A stretch of 64,000 nt of DNA from Terriglobales bacterium (GTDB lineage Bacteria; Acidobacteriota; Terriglobia; Terriglobales; Acidobacteriaceae): the NCBI GenBank assembly GCA_035272625.1, contig DATEQN010000045.1:5918-69917 (forward strand). The letters are read 5' to 3'. Position 1 is the stretch's first letter; every line of letters starts with the position of its first letter. The notes under the pieces are model-generated. The model was not told where the DNA came from. It made no database searches and was given only the letters and a program-made list of their open reading frames with translations. Shown here piece after piece: positions 55,212-62,668 of this stretch. A program made the translations under genes and the position numbers.

Positions 55212-55778
55212 TCAATCTGGGATAGGAAATACAAAAAGGCCCCGATAGGCCTTGCCGTTAATGTAAAGGTCTTCCCCCTTAAGAGTGTTGGGGTCAAAGT
55301 AGATGGCACAGAACGGTTCGATGTCTCGAGCTTCGATGAAGTCCCCCTTAAACGGCCAAGACTCCCAAAAACGCCTGCGCGGAATCGTCCGCCCGTAGAT
55401 CAGGATGCCACTTTGCCACGGAATAGCTTCGTACAGGTCGAAGACATCGACCCTGCCCAAATCCACCTTCTTGCCATCCCAGTAAAGATCATGGTGCTGT
55501 GTCGTGAGCCGCGCGAGGAGGGAAGGCGACCGAATCCAGTCTGCGGATGCTTTCTCGTCAGCCTGAGTGATGACAACCACGTGTCCGTCCCACGCTATTT
55601 GCGCACCCTTCCTTCGTCCGTCTGTGCTCGTTAGACAGACTTCCTCGATGGAAAGGTGACCATCCCGAACCATGACCGCGTCGCAGTGTGAAGAGTCACC
55701 CATCAACACGCGAGGCTGCATGCCCTTTGGAGAGTCCAGTGCCAAAGCAAAAACAAGTGTTGCCAACAGCATGTTCAT
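55212..55778 (-). CDS. Hypothetical secreted protein (188 aa) directly downstream of pqqE
   Basis: Signal-like MNMLLATLVFALALDSP. No family recognised. Two 60-nt lines counted by hand give about 48-50% G+C. The longest ORF opens at 55844, 2 nt from the pqqE stop. Confidence 0.5.
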   Translation of the reverse strand: MNMLLATLVFALALDSPKGMQPRVLMGDSSHCDAVMVRDGHLSIEEVCLTSTDGRRKGAQIAWDGHVVVITQADEKASADWIRSPSLLARLTTQHHDLYWDGKKVDLGRVDVFDLYEAIPWQSGILIYGRTIPRRRFWESWPFKGDFIEARDIEPFCAIYFDPNTLKGEDLYINGKAYRGLFVFPIPD

Positions 55779-55845
55779 AGGGATGGGTACTCGCCAAGGA
55801 TATACGAGCGACCTGGTTGCTGGCATGGCGTCGCCACAGAGCACT

Positions 55846-56988
55846 TCACTTCGGGTCCGTCCGGTAACTCCAGAACCCAGCCATCCTCTCCTGCAGAACG
55901 TGGAAGGGAGCCTCGCGCACTTCGGGAGCTAAACCCGTCACCGCATCTTCGCGCACCGCATCTTCAATCAGATGATGCAAAGGCGCAAGCTCGCAAACCG
56001 GATCGGTTGCGCTGGCATCGCCTGATAGCAGAAAAGCCTGGCAACGGCATCCGCCGAAATCTTCTTTGCGGCGGTCGCACGAGCGGCAGGGCTCAGGCAT
56101 CCAGTCTTCGCCGCGAAATTTCTGAAATGCTTCGGAGCTCTGCCAGATCCAGTCGAGCGTGTGCTCGCGCACATTGTCAAAGCGCATGCCCGGAATCACT
56201 CCCGCCGCATGACAAGGCAGCGCGCGCCCGGCGGGATCGATCAGCATCAACTGGCGTCCCCATCCGCCCATGCAGGCTTTGGGAAAACGGGCATGGTAAT
56301 CGGGAACGACCATGTCGATGCGGATCTTGCCGCGCAGCCGCTCCTCGGCCGAAGCCACCACGGCTACCGCCCGGTCCAGTTGCGCGCGTGTGGGTAGCAA
56401 TGCCGACCGGTTCTGGAGCGCCCACCCGTAGTACTGCGCATGCGCAATTTCCATGCGATCGGGATGCAGCGCTTCGAGCGCGGCCACCATTTCCTCAAGA
56501 TGCTCGATGTTCTGCCGGTGAACCACCAGGTTTACGGTGAACGCGATGCGCCCTTCGCCAGTCTGATGCTCGCGGATCCACGCGGCCAATTCGATCTTAT
56601 GCGCGTGCGCACGGGCGCCAGCTATCCAGTTGGCATGACCTTCGCTCGAATCCTGAAAGCTGAGTTGGATGTGGTCGAGGCCCGCGTCGACAAGCTGGGC
56701 CAGTCGATCGCGCGAAAGCCCAATTCCGGAAGTGATCAGGTTCGTGTACAGACGCGAACGGCGCGCGCCCTCGATCATTTCGACCAGATCCGGACGCGCC
56801 AGCGGCTCGCCTCCGGTGAGGTGAAGATGCAGAACGCCGAGCGCGGCGGCCTCGCCGAAAACGCGCAGCCAGTCGGCAGTCGCAAGCTCTTCTCTCCGCG
56901 AAGTCAGCTCCAGCGGATTTGAGCAGTACACGCAGTGCAGCGGGCAGCGGTGCGTGATCTCGGCAATCAGGGCCAGCGGATTCGGCAT
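55846..56988 (-). CDS. pqqE: PQQ biosynthesis radical SAM protein PqqE
   Basis: LIAEITHRCPLHCVYCSNP (CxxxCxxC) plus a C-terminal SPASM Cys cluster (PEPCRSCDRRKEDFGGCRCQA). Confidence 0.9.
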   Translation of the reverse strand: MPNPLALIAEITHRCPLHCVYCSNPLELTSRREELATADWLRVFGEAAALGVLHLHLTGGEPLARPDLVEMIEGARRSRLYTNLITSGIGLSRDRLAQLVDAGLDHIQLSFQDSSEGHANWIAGARAHAHKIELAAWIREHQTGEGRIAFTVNLVVHRQNIEHLEEMVAALEALHPDRMEIAHAQYYGWALQNRSALLPTRAQLDRAVAVVASAEERLRGKIRIDMVVPDYHARFPKACMGGWGRQLMLIDPAGRALPCHAAGVIPGMRFDNVREHTLDWIWQSSEAFQKFRGEDWMPEPCRSCDRRKEDFGGCRCQAFLLSGDASATDPVCELAPLHHLIEDAVREDAVTGLAPEVREAPFHVLQERMAGFWSYRTDPK

Positions 56989-57011
56989 TAGAAATCAACT
57001 CACCAGGCCTT

Positions 57012-57082
57012 GTCATCCTGAGCGAAGCGAAGGACCTGCTGTTCGCCGCAAGATGCAGGTCCCTCGCTCCGCTCGGGATGAC
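57012..57082. repeat. 28-bp imperfect inverted repeat (family D, GTCATCCTGAGCGAAGCGAAGGAC type) in the pqqD-pqqE spacer
   Basis: GTCATCCTGAGCGAAGCGAAGGACCTGC (57012-57039) pairs with GCAGGTCCCTCGCTCCGCTCGGGATGAC (57055-57082), with about 4 mismatches. Confidence 0.75.
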
Positions 57083-57112
57083 AATTCATAAAGGGTTGGC
57101 ACTTGCACCGTT

Positions 57113-57388
57113 CTAGTAATCAATAATGCGCTTGGCGTGCAGTTGCTCCAGAAATGTCAGGACATCGGCGCGAACCTTGCCCTTCGGCGCCAGCATGAAC
57201 TGCGTTTCCAGCTTCTGCACAATTTCAGCCAGCGAAAAATGGCCATCGCAGAGTTCGAGAATGATGCGGCCCGTACCTTCCACGCGGATCGCGCCCTCTG
57301 GAAACAGCACGACCGGCGCGTCAGCGGTCCCACCCCAGCGGCATCCCGCGGCAAACTTTGGAACGCTCGCGTCGGTAAGCTCAGCCAC
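57113..57388 (-). CDS. pqqD: PQQ biosynthesis peptide chaperone PqqD
   Basis: 91 aa. VPKFAAGCRWGGTADAPVVLFPEGAIRVEGTGRIILELCDGHFSLAEIV is the PqqD pattern. GTG 57388 overlaps the pqqC stop (GTGGCTGA). Confidence 0.8.
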   Translation of the reverse strand: MAELTDASVPKFAAGCRWGGTADAPVVLFPEGAIRVEGTGRIILELCDGHFSLAEIVQKLETQFMLAPKGKVRADVLTFLEQLHAKRIIDY

Positions 57389-58175
57389 GCTTCTCCTCGA
57401 TGCGAAAAGCGCCCGGCGGCGGCCAGCCCGGCTCGACATAAGCGAAATAGAGCGCGTCGAGCTGCGCCCACAGAATGTCGCACTTGTCGCGCAACGATTG
57501 AATGGCGCGCTCCTGCTCCGCGCGCGTCGCGGCGTGTTCGAACACGTAGCGGATCGCGAAGGCGGCATCTTCCGGAGCCTCCGTCAGCCGCGCCTCAAAA
57601 TAGTCGAGCGCGGAAGCGAGCGACGGATAATGCTGACGCATCCTCTCCATGCGCAACGCAATCAAGTCGCGCGAGAAAAGTTCGGTGAGTGACGAGGCGA
57701 CGCACTCGAGAAACGGCCGCGTCCGCACCAGGTGGAGATACTCATTTCCGATGAAGCGCGTGGCGGGCAGAACTTCACGTGCACTCACCACGCGCTCTCT
57801 ATCCAGCCCGGTCGCTTCCGCCAGTTTCACCCAGCGCAGGATTCCGCCTTGCAACTGGTCATCTCCGTCCTGGCCGTCGTGATCGACAATGCGTTTCCGC
57901 CAGACGCGGCGGAATGACGGATCAGTGGCGCGCGAAAGAATGATCGCGTCTTTGATCGGAATAATCGACTGGTAGTAGTAGCGGTTCAGCGCCCAAGCCT
58001 GCAATTGTCCGCGACTCAGTTTGCCTTCGTGCATCATTAAGTGAAAGGGATGTTTGTGGTGATAACGCTCTTCGCCCACCTGGCGCAGCGCGGCGCGCAA
58101 TTCCTCAAACGTAAGCTTCGGAGCATTTGCAACGCTCCCCGGTTTTTTTTTGTCAACTACAGTTCCAGTTGCCAA
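57381..58175 (-). CDS. pqqC: Pyrroloquinoline-quinone synthase PqqC
   Basis: ERYHHKHPFHLMMHEGKLSRGQLQAWALNRYYYQ is the PqqC signature. TTG start overlaps the pqqB 3' end by 19 nt. Confidence 0.9.
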   Translation of the reverse strand: MATGTVVDKKKPGSVANAPKLTFEELRAALRQVGEERYHHKHPFHLMMHEGKLSRGQLQAWALNRYYYQSIIPIKDAIILSRATDPSFRRVWRKRIVDHDGQDGDDQLQGGILRWVKLAEATGLDRERVVSAREVLPATRFIGNEYLHLVRTRPFLECVASSLTELFSRDLIALRMERMRQHYPSLASALDYFEARLTEAPEDAAFAIRYVFEHAATRAEQERAIQSLRDKCDILWAQLDALYFAYVEPGWPPPGAFRIEEKRG

Positions 58176-59131
58176 TTGTCCTCCGCCACTTCCCAGCCGG
58201 CTTGGCGCACGGCCCGATGTTCAGGACTTGCTTCGTTCAGGATCGGATTCGTGTTGTTGAGATGAACGAACATCTTGCGTCCAACTTTAATGCGTTTCAG
58301 CAGGCGGAGACTTTCTTCCACCGGTATGTGTCCCATCTGGTGCGCGCTTTCGCCGCTCCCCTGAACATGCTGCAGTTCGTCATCGCTCCAGAAGGTGCCG
58401 TCGAACAGAAGCAGGTCCGCGTGCCCGATCTTTTCAAGCAGCACATCGCTGAGGCTGCCGACGGCGGGAACGTAAGCGACTCTCTTTCCCCAAGCTGATT
58501 CAGATTTAGAGTCAGATTTAGAGTAAAAGAATAACGCAGCCGTCGCTTCCTGGCGGGCGAGCTTCCCGAGCTCAGTCGTAACATATTTAGGATAGCGGCC
58601 GGAAAGGTAGTGGACCTCACAGCGCAATCCCGAGTCTTTCCCATCGGGGGTCAATAACGGAAACGGTGCATCCGCAGTCATGGGCGTCCAAACCACCTGC
58701 GGCTCGACGCGGTTCAGCATGCCGAACATGCTGTTCTCTTCCCGCAGAATCCGTAAGATCGATGGGGCGGCGTACACGCGCAAAGGCTGAAGTTCGCGGA
58801 GCAGAAGTAATCCCACAACGTGGTCGAGGTCACAGCTTCCCAATACCACGCCAGCAATAGGCGAATCGCGCGGAGTGTCGCGCAATGCCCGAGGATGAAG
58901 ATCGGGGCAGCTTTCGATTTGAAAGGCCAAGTCCGGAGAGGCTCCAACGAGAAACCACGTGGAGCCATCCGCGCTCAGCGCGAGCTGGGCTTGGGTACGC
59001 GCCTTGCCGGGAAATTTTTTCTCGTGCACATTGTCGCGCGCGTTCGTGCGCACAGCAACGCAGTTGCCGCAGCCGCAATTCCACTGCGGGAACCTACCCC
59101 CGGCCGCAGAACCGAGGATCCGAATGCGCAT
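58157..59131 (-). CDS. pqqB: PQQ biosynthesis protein PqqB (metallo-beta-lactamase fold)
   Basis: MRIRILGSAAGGRFPQWNCGCGNC is the PqqB N-terminal signature. 324 aa. Confidence 0.9.
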   Translation of the reverse strand: MRIRILGSAAGGRFPQWNCGCGNCVAVRTNARDNVHEKKFPGKARTQAQLALSADGSTWFLVGASPDLAFQIESCPDLHPRALRDTPRDSPIAGVVLGSCDLDHVVGLLLLRELQPLRVYAAPSILRILREENSMFGMLNRVEPQVVWTPMTADAPFPLLTPDGKDSGLRCEVHYLSGRYPKYVTTELGKLARQEATAALFFYSKSDSKSESAWGKRVAYVPAVGSLSDVLLEKIGHADLLLFDGTFWSDDELQHVQGSGESAHQMGHIPVEESLRLLKRIKVGRKMFVHLNNTNPILNEASPEHRAVRQAGWEVAEDNWQLEL

Positions 59132-59140
59132 CTTGCTGAT

Positions 59141-59218
59141 TTAGAGTTTTGCGCTCACGTAGGAGTTGATTTCGCAGCAGAGAACGACTTCTTCGAAAAC
59201 AGGACTGGTCCACGCCAT
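59141..59218 (-). CDS. pqqA: PQQ precursor peptide PqqA (25 aa)
   Basis: Not in the ORF track. The minus strand reads ATG GCG TGG ACC AGT CCT ... = MAWTSPVFEEVVLCCEINSYVSAKL, then TAA. It has the conserved W-x-x-P and E-x-x-x-Y (EINSY) cross-link motif and ends 10 nt upstream of pqqB. Confidence 0.85.
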   Translation of the reverse strand: MAWTSPVFEEVVLCCEINSYVSAKL

Positions 59219-59460
59219 AACTTACACCCCTTAGAGTTAGAGATTTTTCGTTCGCCGCGCCCCTAAAGCGCAGCGTGAGGATTGGAGGAATCATACCATT
59301 GCTGAGGGTGTATTGATCCGGGAAAATTGGGGATCGGTATGGCCCGAAGGGGCCATTTCCGCTCCTCTTTCAGACAGAAGTACCCCTTCGCTTCCAATCT
59401 TTTGGAATCATAGGTTTACGCGAAGGACCGCGGACGGAAGTGTCCGCACCACACGAAGAA

Positions 59461-59826
59461 CTATTGCGCGGCTTCCAGCAGGCCCTTCTCGGCTTTTTCC
59501 TGGCATTCGATGCAATGCCGGGTCCAGGGCACGGCTTCGAGGCGCTTGGCGTTGATCTCTTTGCCGCAGGAGACGCATTCCCCAAAGCTGCCTTCGCGGA
59601 TGCGAGCAAGAGCGCCATCGACCATATTGAGCAACTGGCGGTCGTTGTTGCTCTGGCTGAAGAGGAATTCCTTGTTGTAGGAACTCGCGGCGCGGTCGGC
59701 GACGTCTTGCGTGGCTTCATCGTCGACGGTACGCCCGTCTTGCTGATTGCGGACAACCATGTGTCGCAGTTCCTGGCGCCGAGTTTCCAATCTTTTTCTG
59801 AACGTCTCTAGTTTCTTCTTATCCAT
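59461..59826 (-). CDS. DksA/TraR family C4-type zinc-finger protein
   Basis: 121 aa: a coiled-coil N-terminal part, then CVSCGKEINAKRLEAVPWTRHCIECQ. ATG 59826; the longest ORF opens at 59919. Confidence 0.8.
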   Translation of the reverse strand: MDKKKLETFRKRLETRRQELRHMVVRNQQDGRTVDDEATQDVADRAASSYNKEFLFSQSNNDRQLLNMVDGALARIREGSFGECVSCGKEINAKRLEAVPWTRHCIECQEKAEKGLLEAAQ

Positions 59827-60061
59827 GATTGCTGCCTGCGATTGCTGCCCTGCAATTGCCGCCTGCCGTGAAGCAGAATTCCCGCCCCACAACGACCCGT
59901 CCTGCACGAAGTCGAACAATTATCGTAAGCGCGGGAGAGTCGGGCGTCAACTGCAGGAGGCAGTGGTGTGGCATCTCTTCGAACTGAAAACAATTCTCAG
60001 TGTATGGCACCCTACTTTGCCGTTTCTAACATCTGGACGGCGAGTGCATGAGCGGGAGAAA

Positions 60062-60095
60062 CAAAAAAAGCGGCCCCTTTCGGGGCCACCCTTTT
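60062..60095 (-). terminator. Strong Rho-independent terminator (reads best on the minus strand)
   Basis: The minus strand reads GGTGGCCCCGAAAGGGGCCGC followed by TTTTTTT. The plus strand has A7 before and CTTTT after the stem. No annotated gene ends here. Confidence 0.6.
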
Positions 60096-60451
60096 CAAAG
60101 AGGCTAAGTGGCGGGTATCAGAGGTAAGTCAATTTGACGCCGTCCGGGGAGTGGAACGGACAGAGGTGAGTTGTCGCAAACATCGAGAGTGAAGTTGTTC
60201 CAACGGTGCGGCCTCTTCAGTGCCATGGAACTGAGCATTTGCCGAACCAAAATGGGAAACGCGGACAAGAGCCGTGACCCATTTTGGGAACCTATTCAAA
60301 ATCAATGCCTTAGGGTGAATCCCTTAGAAGCAGGCTGGTTCGCGGACTTTCGGACGATTCGCGGCCGGGTGCATAAAGCTGCACATTGGCAGCAGTTCAA
60401 GGCAGAAGTTCAAAGCAAAGATTCCAGCCGGCACTTCCACTTCCCCCCAGA

Positions 60452-60486
60452 AAAAGCAAAGCCCCCTCGGAAGGAGGCTTCGGACA
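60452..60486 (-). terminator. Rho-independent terminator downstream of the gvpF-like gene
   Basis: The minus strand reads AAGCCTCCTTCCGAGGGGGCTT followed by TGCTTTTT, starting about 20 nt after the stop at 60503. Confidence 0.5.
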
Positions 60487-60502
60487 CATCCGGCACAGGC
60501 TT

Positions 60503-61246
60503 CTAGCTGTCTCCGGCGACGGTGCGCACCTTGCCGGGCAGAAAATGATAGGGCGGCCACGGACCGGTCACCACCATCTGACAATTCTTGAGCTGTTTGG
60601 CAGCCGTGCTGTAACGGTTTTGATATTTTTCGATCGACTTGGTGTCGATGAGGTGAGCGATATCGAGCAACATTCCGTCGGCGTCAACCTTTTTGCAGCT
60701 GACTTCCTCTTCGAGAGGGTTGAAGAGCTTGTGCACCTGCACCGAGAGGGCGCGCGCTTTGGTCTGCCGTTCGCGCTCGCGAGACGCCTTCTCGCGGAGC
60801 TTGATAAGGTACTCGCGGCCGACCGTATCGGGCAGGACAATCTCCTCCATGGCGCGAAGAGAACCATCCCGGACCGTCAGCTTGATGCGCATCTCCGACT
60901 TGCCGCGAAGCCGCTCCACGCTCTCACAGAAAGTACGTCGGTTGGATCGAACCGCTTGGCGGATGGCATCTTCGGTGTCGAAGATGGTCCCGAAGCGGAA
61001 GGGCAAAACGGTGGCGGTTCGAAAGCTCTGGCTTACCACGCGGGCATGTTCAAGAACGGACTTTTCGTCGAGTTTGGAGGTTGCGCGGTCGAATTCGCTG
61101 ACAATCACCGCGAATTCTCCACTCGGGTAGCTCATGACGGGAGCGGAGTTCACACCCTGAATTCCATCGAGAACGAAGGGACGACGGGAGCGAACACCAT
61201 TAGCAAGGGTCTGGTGTTCCGTGAGGCAGTACGCGTACCACGACAT
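60503..61246 (-). CDS. GvpL/GvpF family (gas vesicle protein F-like) protein, orphan
   Basis: MSWYAYCLTEH..., VLPFRFGTIF and the C-terminal VVTGPWPPYHF are hallmark GvpL/GvpF motifs. Start at ATG 61246; the longest ORF opens at 61474. Confidence 0.7.
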   Translation of the reverse strand: MSWYAYCLTEHQTLANGVRSRRPFVLDGIQGVNSAPVMSYPSGEFAVIVSEFDRATSKLDEKSVLEHARVVSQSFRTATVLPFRFGTIFDTEDAIRQAVRSNRRTFCESVERLRGKSEMRIKLTVRDGSLRAMEEIVLPDTVGREYLIKLREKASRERERQTKARALSVQVHKLFNPLEEEVSCKKVDADGMLLDIAHLIDTKSIEKYQNRYSTAAKQLKNCQMVVTGPWPPYHFLPGKVRTVAGDS

Positions 61247-61777
61247 GCATTCTCTCCGAATTGCACCGGGGCTTGGGCACCCCTTTAGATTTACTCTTAG
61301 AGCTAGGGCTGCGCTTCTACCTGGAAGTTTTAGTTTTTTTGGAACAAGATGGACGCGAAAGCTGGGTCCAACAGCTATAGTACCGCCGGCACGTCTTATT
61401 TGCAACCTTTCTTGAGACAAATGCATCGCAAATCGTCTCAAATTGCTACAGAAGCGTTTTTGGCGCGCTAGCACGGCGTGTCAGCGAGGGTGTGGAGTCG
61501 AGCGACCGACGCGCGAGTTGTGGAAAAACGACACCGGCAATGCGTTTCCGGGGCAGCAAGGAGCGAAGGGCAGCCCGTTTTGTGAACAGTCCCCAATTCC
61601 TGATCTTAGGCGCAGCAAAAATGGGGTCAAGACGATGGGGGGTGGAAACACCACGGGACGGAATATGACCCCCCTTTCGAATTCTCAATGAGGGTAATCG
61701 CTGGTTTCAACAGTTCAGACGCCTTCCAAGCTCCGAGGTAACTTTCGGGTTCGGCATTGGCGTACTACCCTTGGACC

Positions 61778-62668
61778 ATGGATTGTGTCAATAGAGGCAT
61801 CTTGACCTTGGTGGGATTCTTCCCGTTGCTCGTGCTGGCTGCTCCGGCTGAGGCGCGCCTGAACCTGCTCCAGAGCAAGCAGGTCATGACACTGCCTGCA
61901 ACTCTGGTTGGCAGTATTCGAGCCAGCCTCGAACCATCTTCGACCGGGCCAGTGGCATTCGCCGCACCGATCCAGGCTGACCTTGTGCGCGCTCTGCCGC
62001 AGGATTTCCGCGCTGCGTGCCCCTCATTGATGGAAAGCTGGGGTGACATCGCCAAGGGAACGGGCGAGTGGCGCGTGCGCGTCCTGGTTCGCCAAGACGA
62101 TCAATTGTGGCTGGCCTTTCGATGTGCATCGCGCGCACTCGGCTATGAGAAGGACTATGATGAGCGTCCGGCCCTCCTGCGCCTTGCAACCGGCAAGCTG
62201 GAGTTCTTGCCACTCGGGCCGGACGCCGAGAACGACTCCACGCTCTATCACATCGAGTTCTCCGAGCTCCTGCCACTCGAAGGTGCGCAGGGAGTGGCGC
62301 TCAAAGTCACTGAGCCCGCCGGAAACGCCTGTTGCGATGGGCCTGAATCGCGCTCCGGTGAAACGTGGCGGGTCTTCGCGGATTCACCGCACGGCGTTGC
62401 GGAACTGCTTTCGGTCACGACGGCGCGGGACGACTCGAGCCACTGCGACGACCCCGAAGTCGATTCCGAGACAACCTACCGCGCCCAAATCGCCCTGGAT
62501 CGCGACGCGCAGAACCGGGCCAGGGAAGTCGCGGTTACCTTCCGCAAAGAGGTCAAGGACATCACCTACGAAGGCGAGAAGGCTAACCCTCACACCGTGA
62601 GCCAGCGCTCCGGCACGCTGCGCTACCGCTGGATTCCCGCCTCTCTCCACTTTGAAGAAATCAAGTAG
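61778..62668 (+). CDS. Hypothetical secreted protein (296 aa)
   Basis: Signal peptide MDCVNRGILTLVGFFPLLVLAAPAEA. No family motif recognised. Confidence 0.5.
   Translation: MDCVNRGILTLVGFFPLLVLAAPAEARLNLLQSKQVMTLPATLVGSIRASLEPSSTGPVAFAAPIQADLVRALPQDFRAACPSLMESWGDIAKGTGEWRVRVLVRQDDQLWLAFRCASRALGYEKDYDERPALLRLATGKLEFLPLGPDAENDSTLYHIEFSELLPLEGAQGVALKVTEPAGNACCDGPESRSGETWRVFADSPHGVAELLSVTTARDDSSHCDDPEVDSETTYRAQIALDRDAQNRAREVAVTFRKEVKDITYEGEKANPHTVSQRSGTLRYRWIPASLHFEEIK

Noticed and set aside
60005-60020. Sigma-54-like TGGCAC-N5-TTTGC on the plus strand (also TGGCAT-N5-TTTG at 42637-42652)
   Set aside because: The -12 GC dinucleotide is displaced by one position or missing. The first site would drive only about 35 nt before a terminator. 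No enhancer-binding context is visible.
60171-60506. 111-aa plus-strand ORF and overlapping 86-aa minus-strand ORF (60324-60584) in the gvpF-dksA spacer
   Set aside because: Neither has an RBS or recognisable motif. The plus-strand ORF runs into the gvpF-like terminator. The region is treated instead as a candidate non-coding locus.
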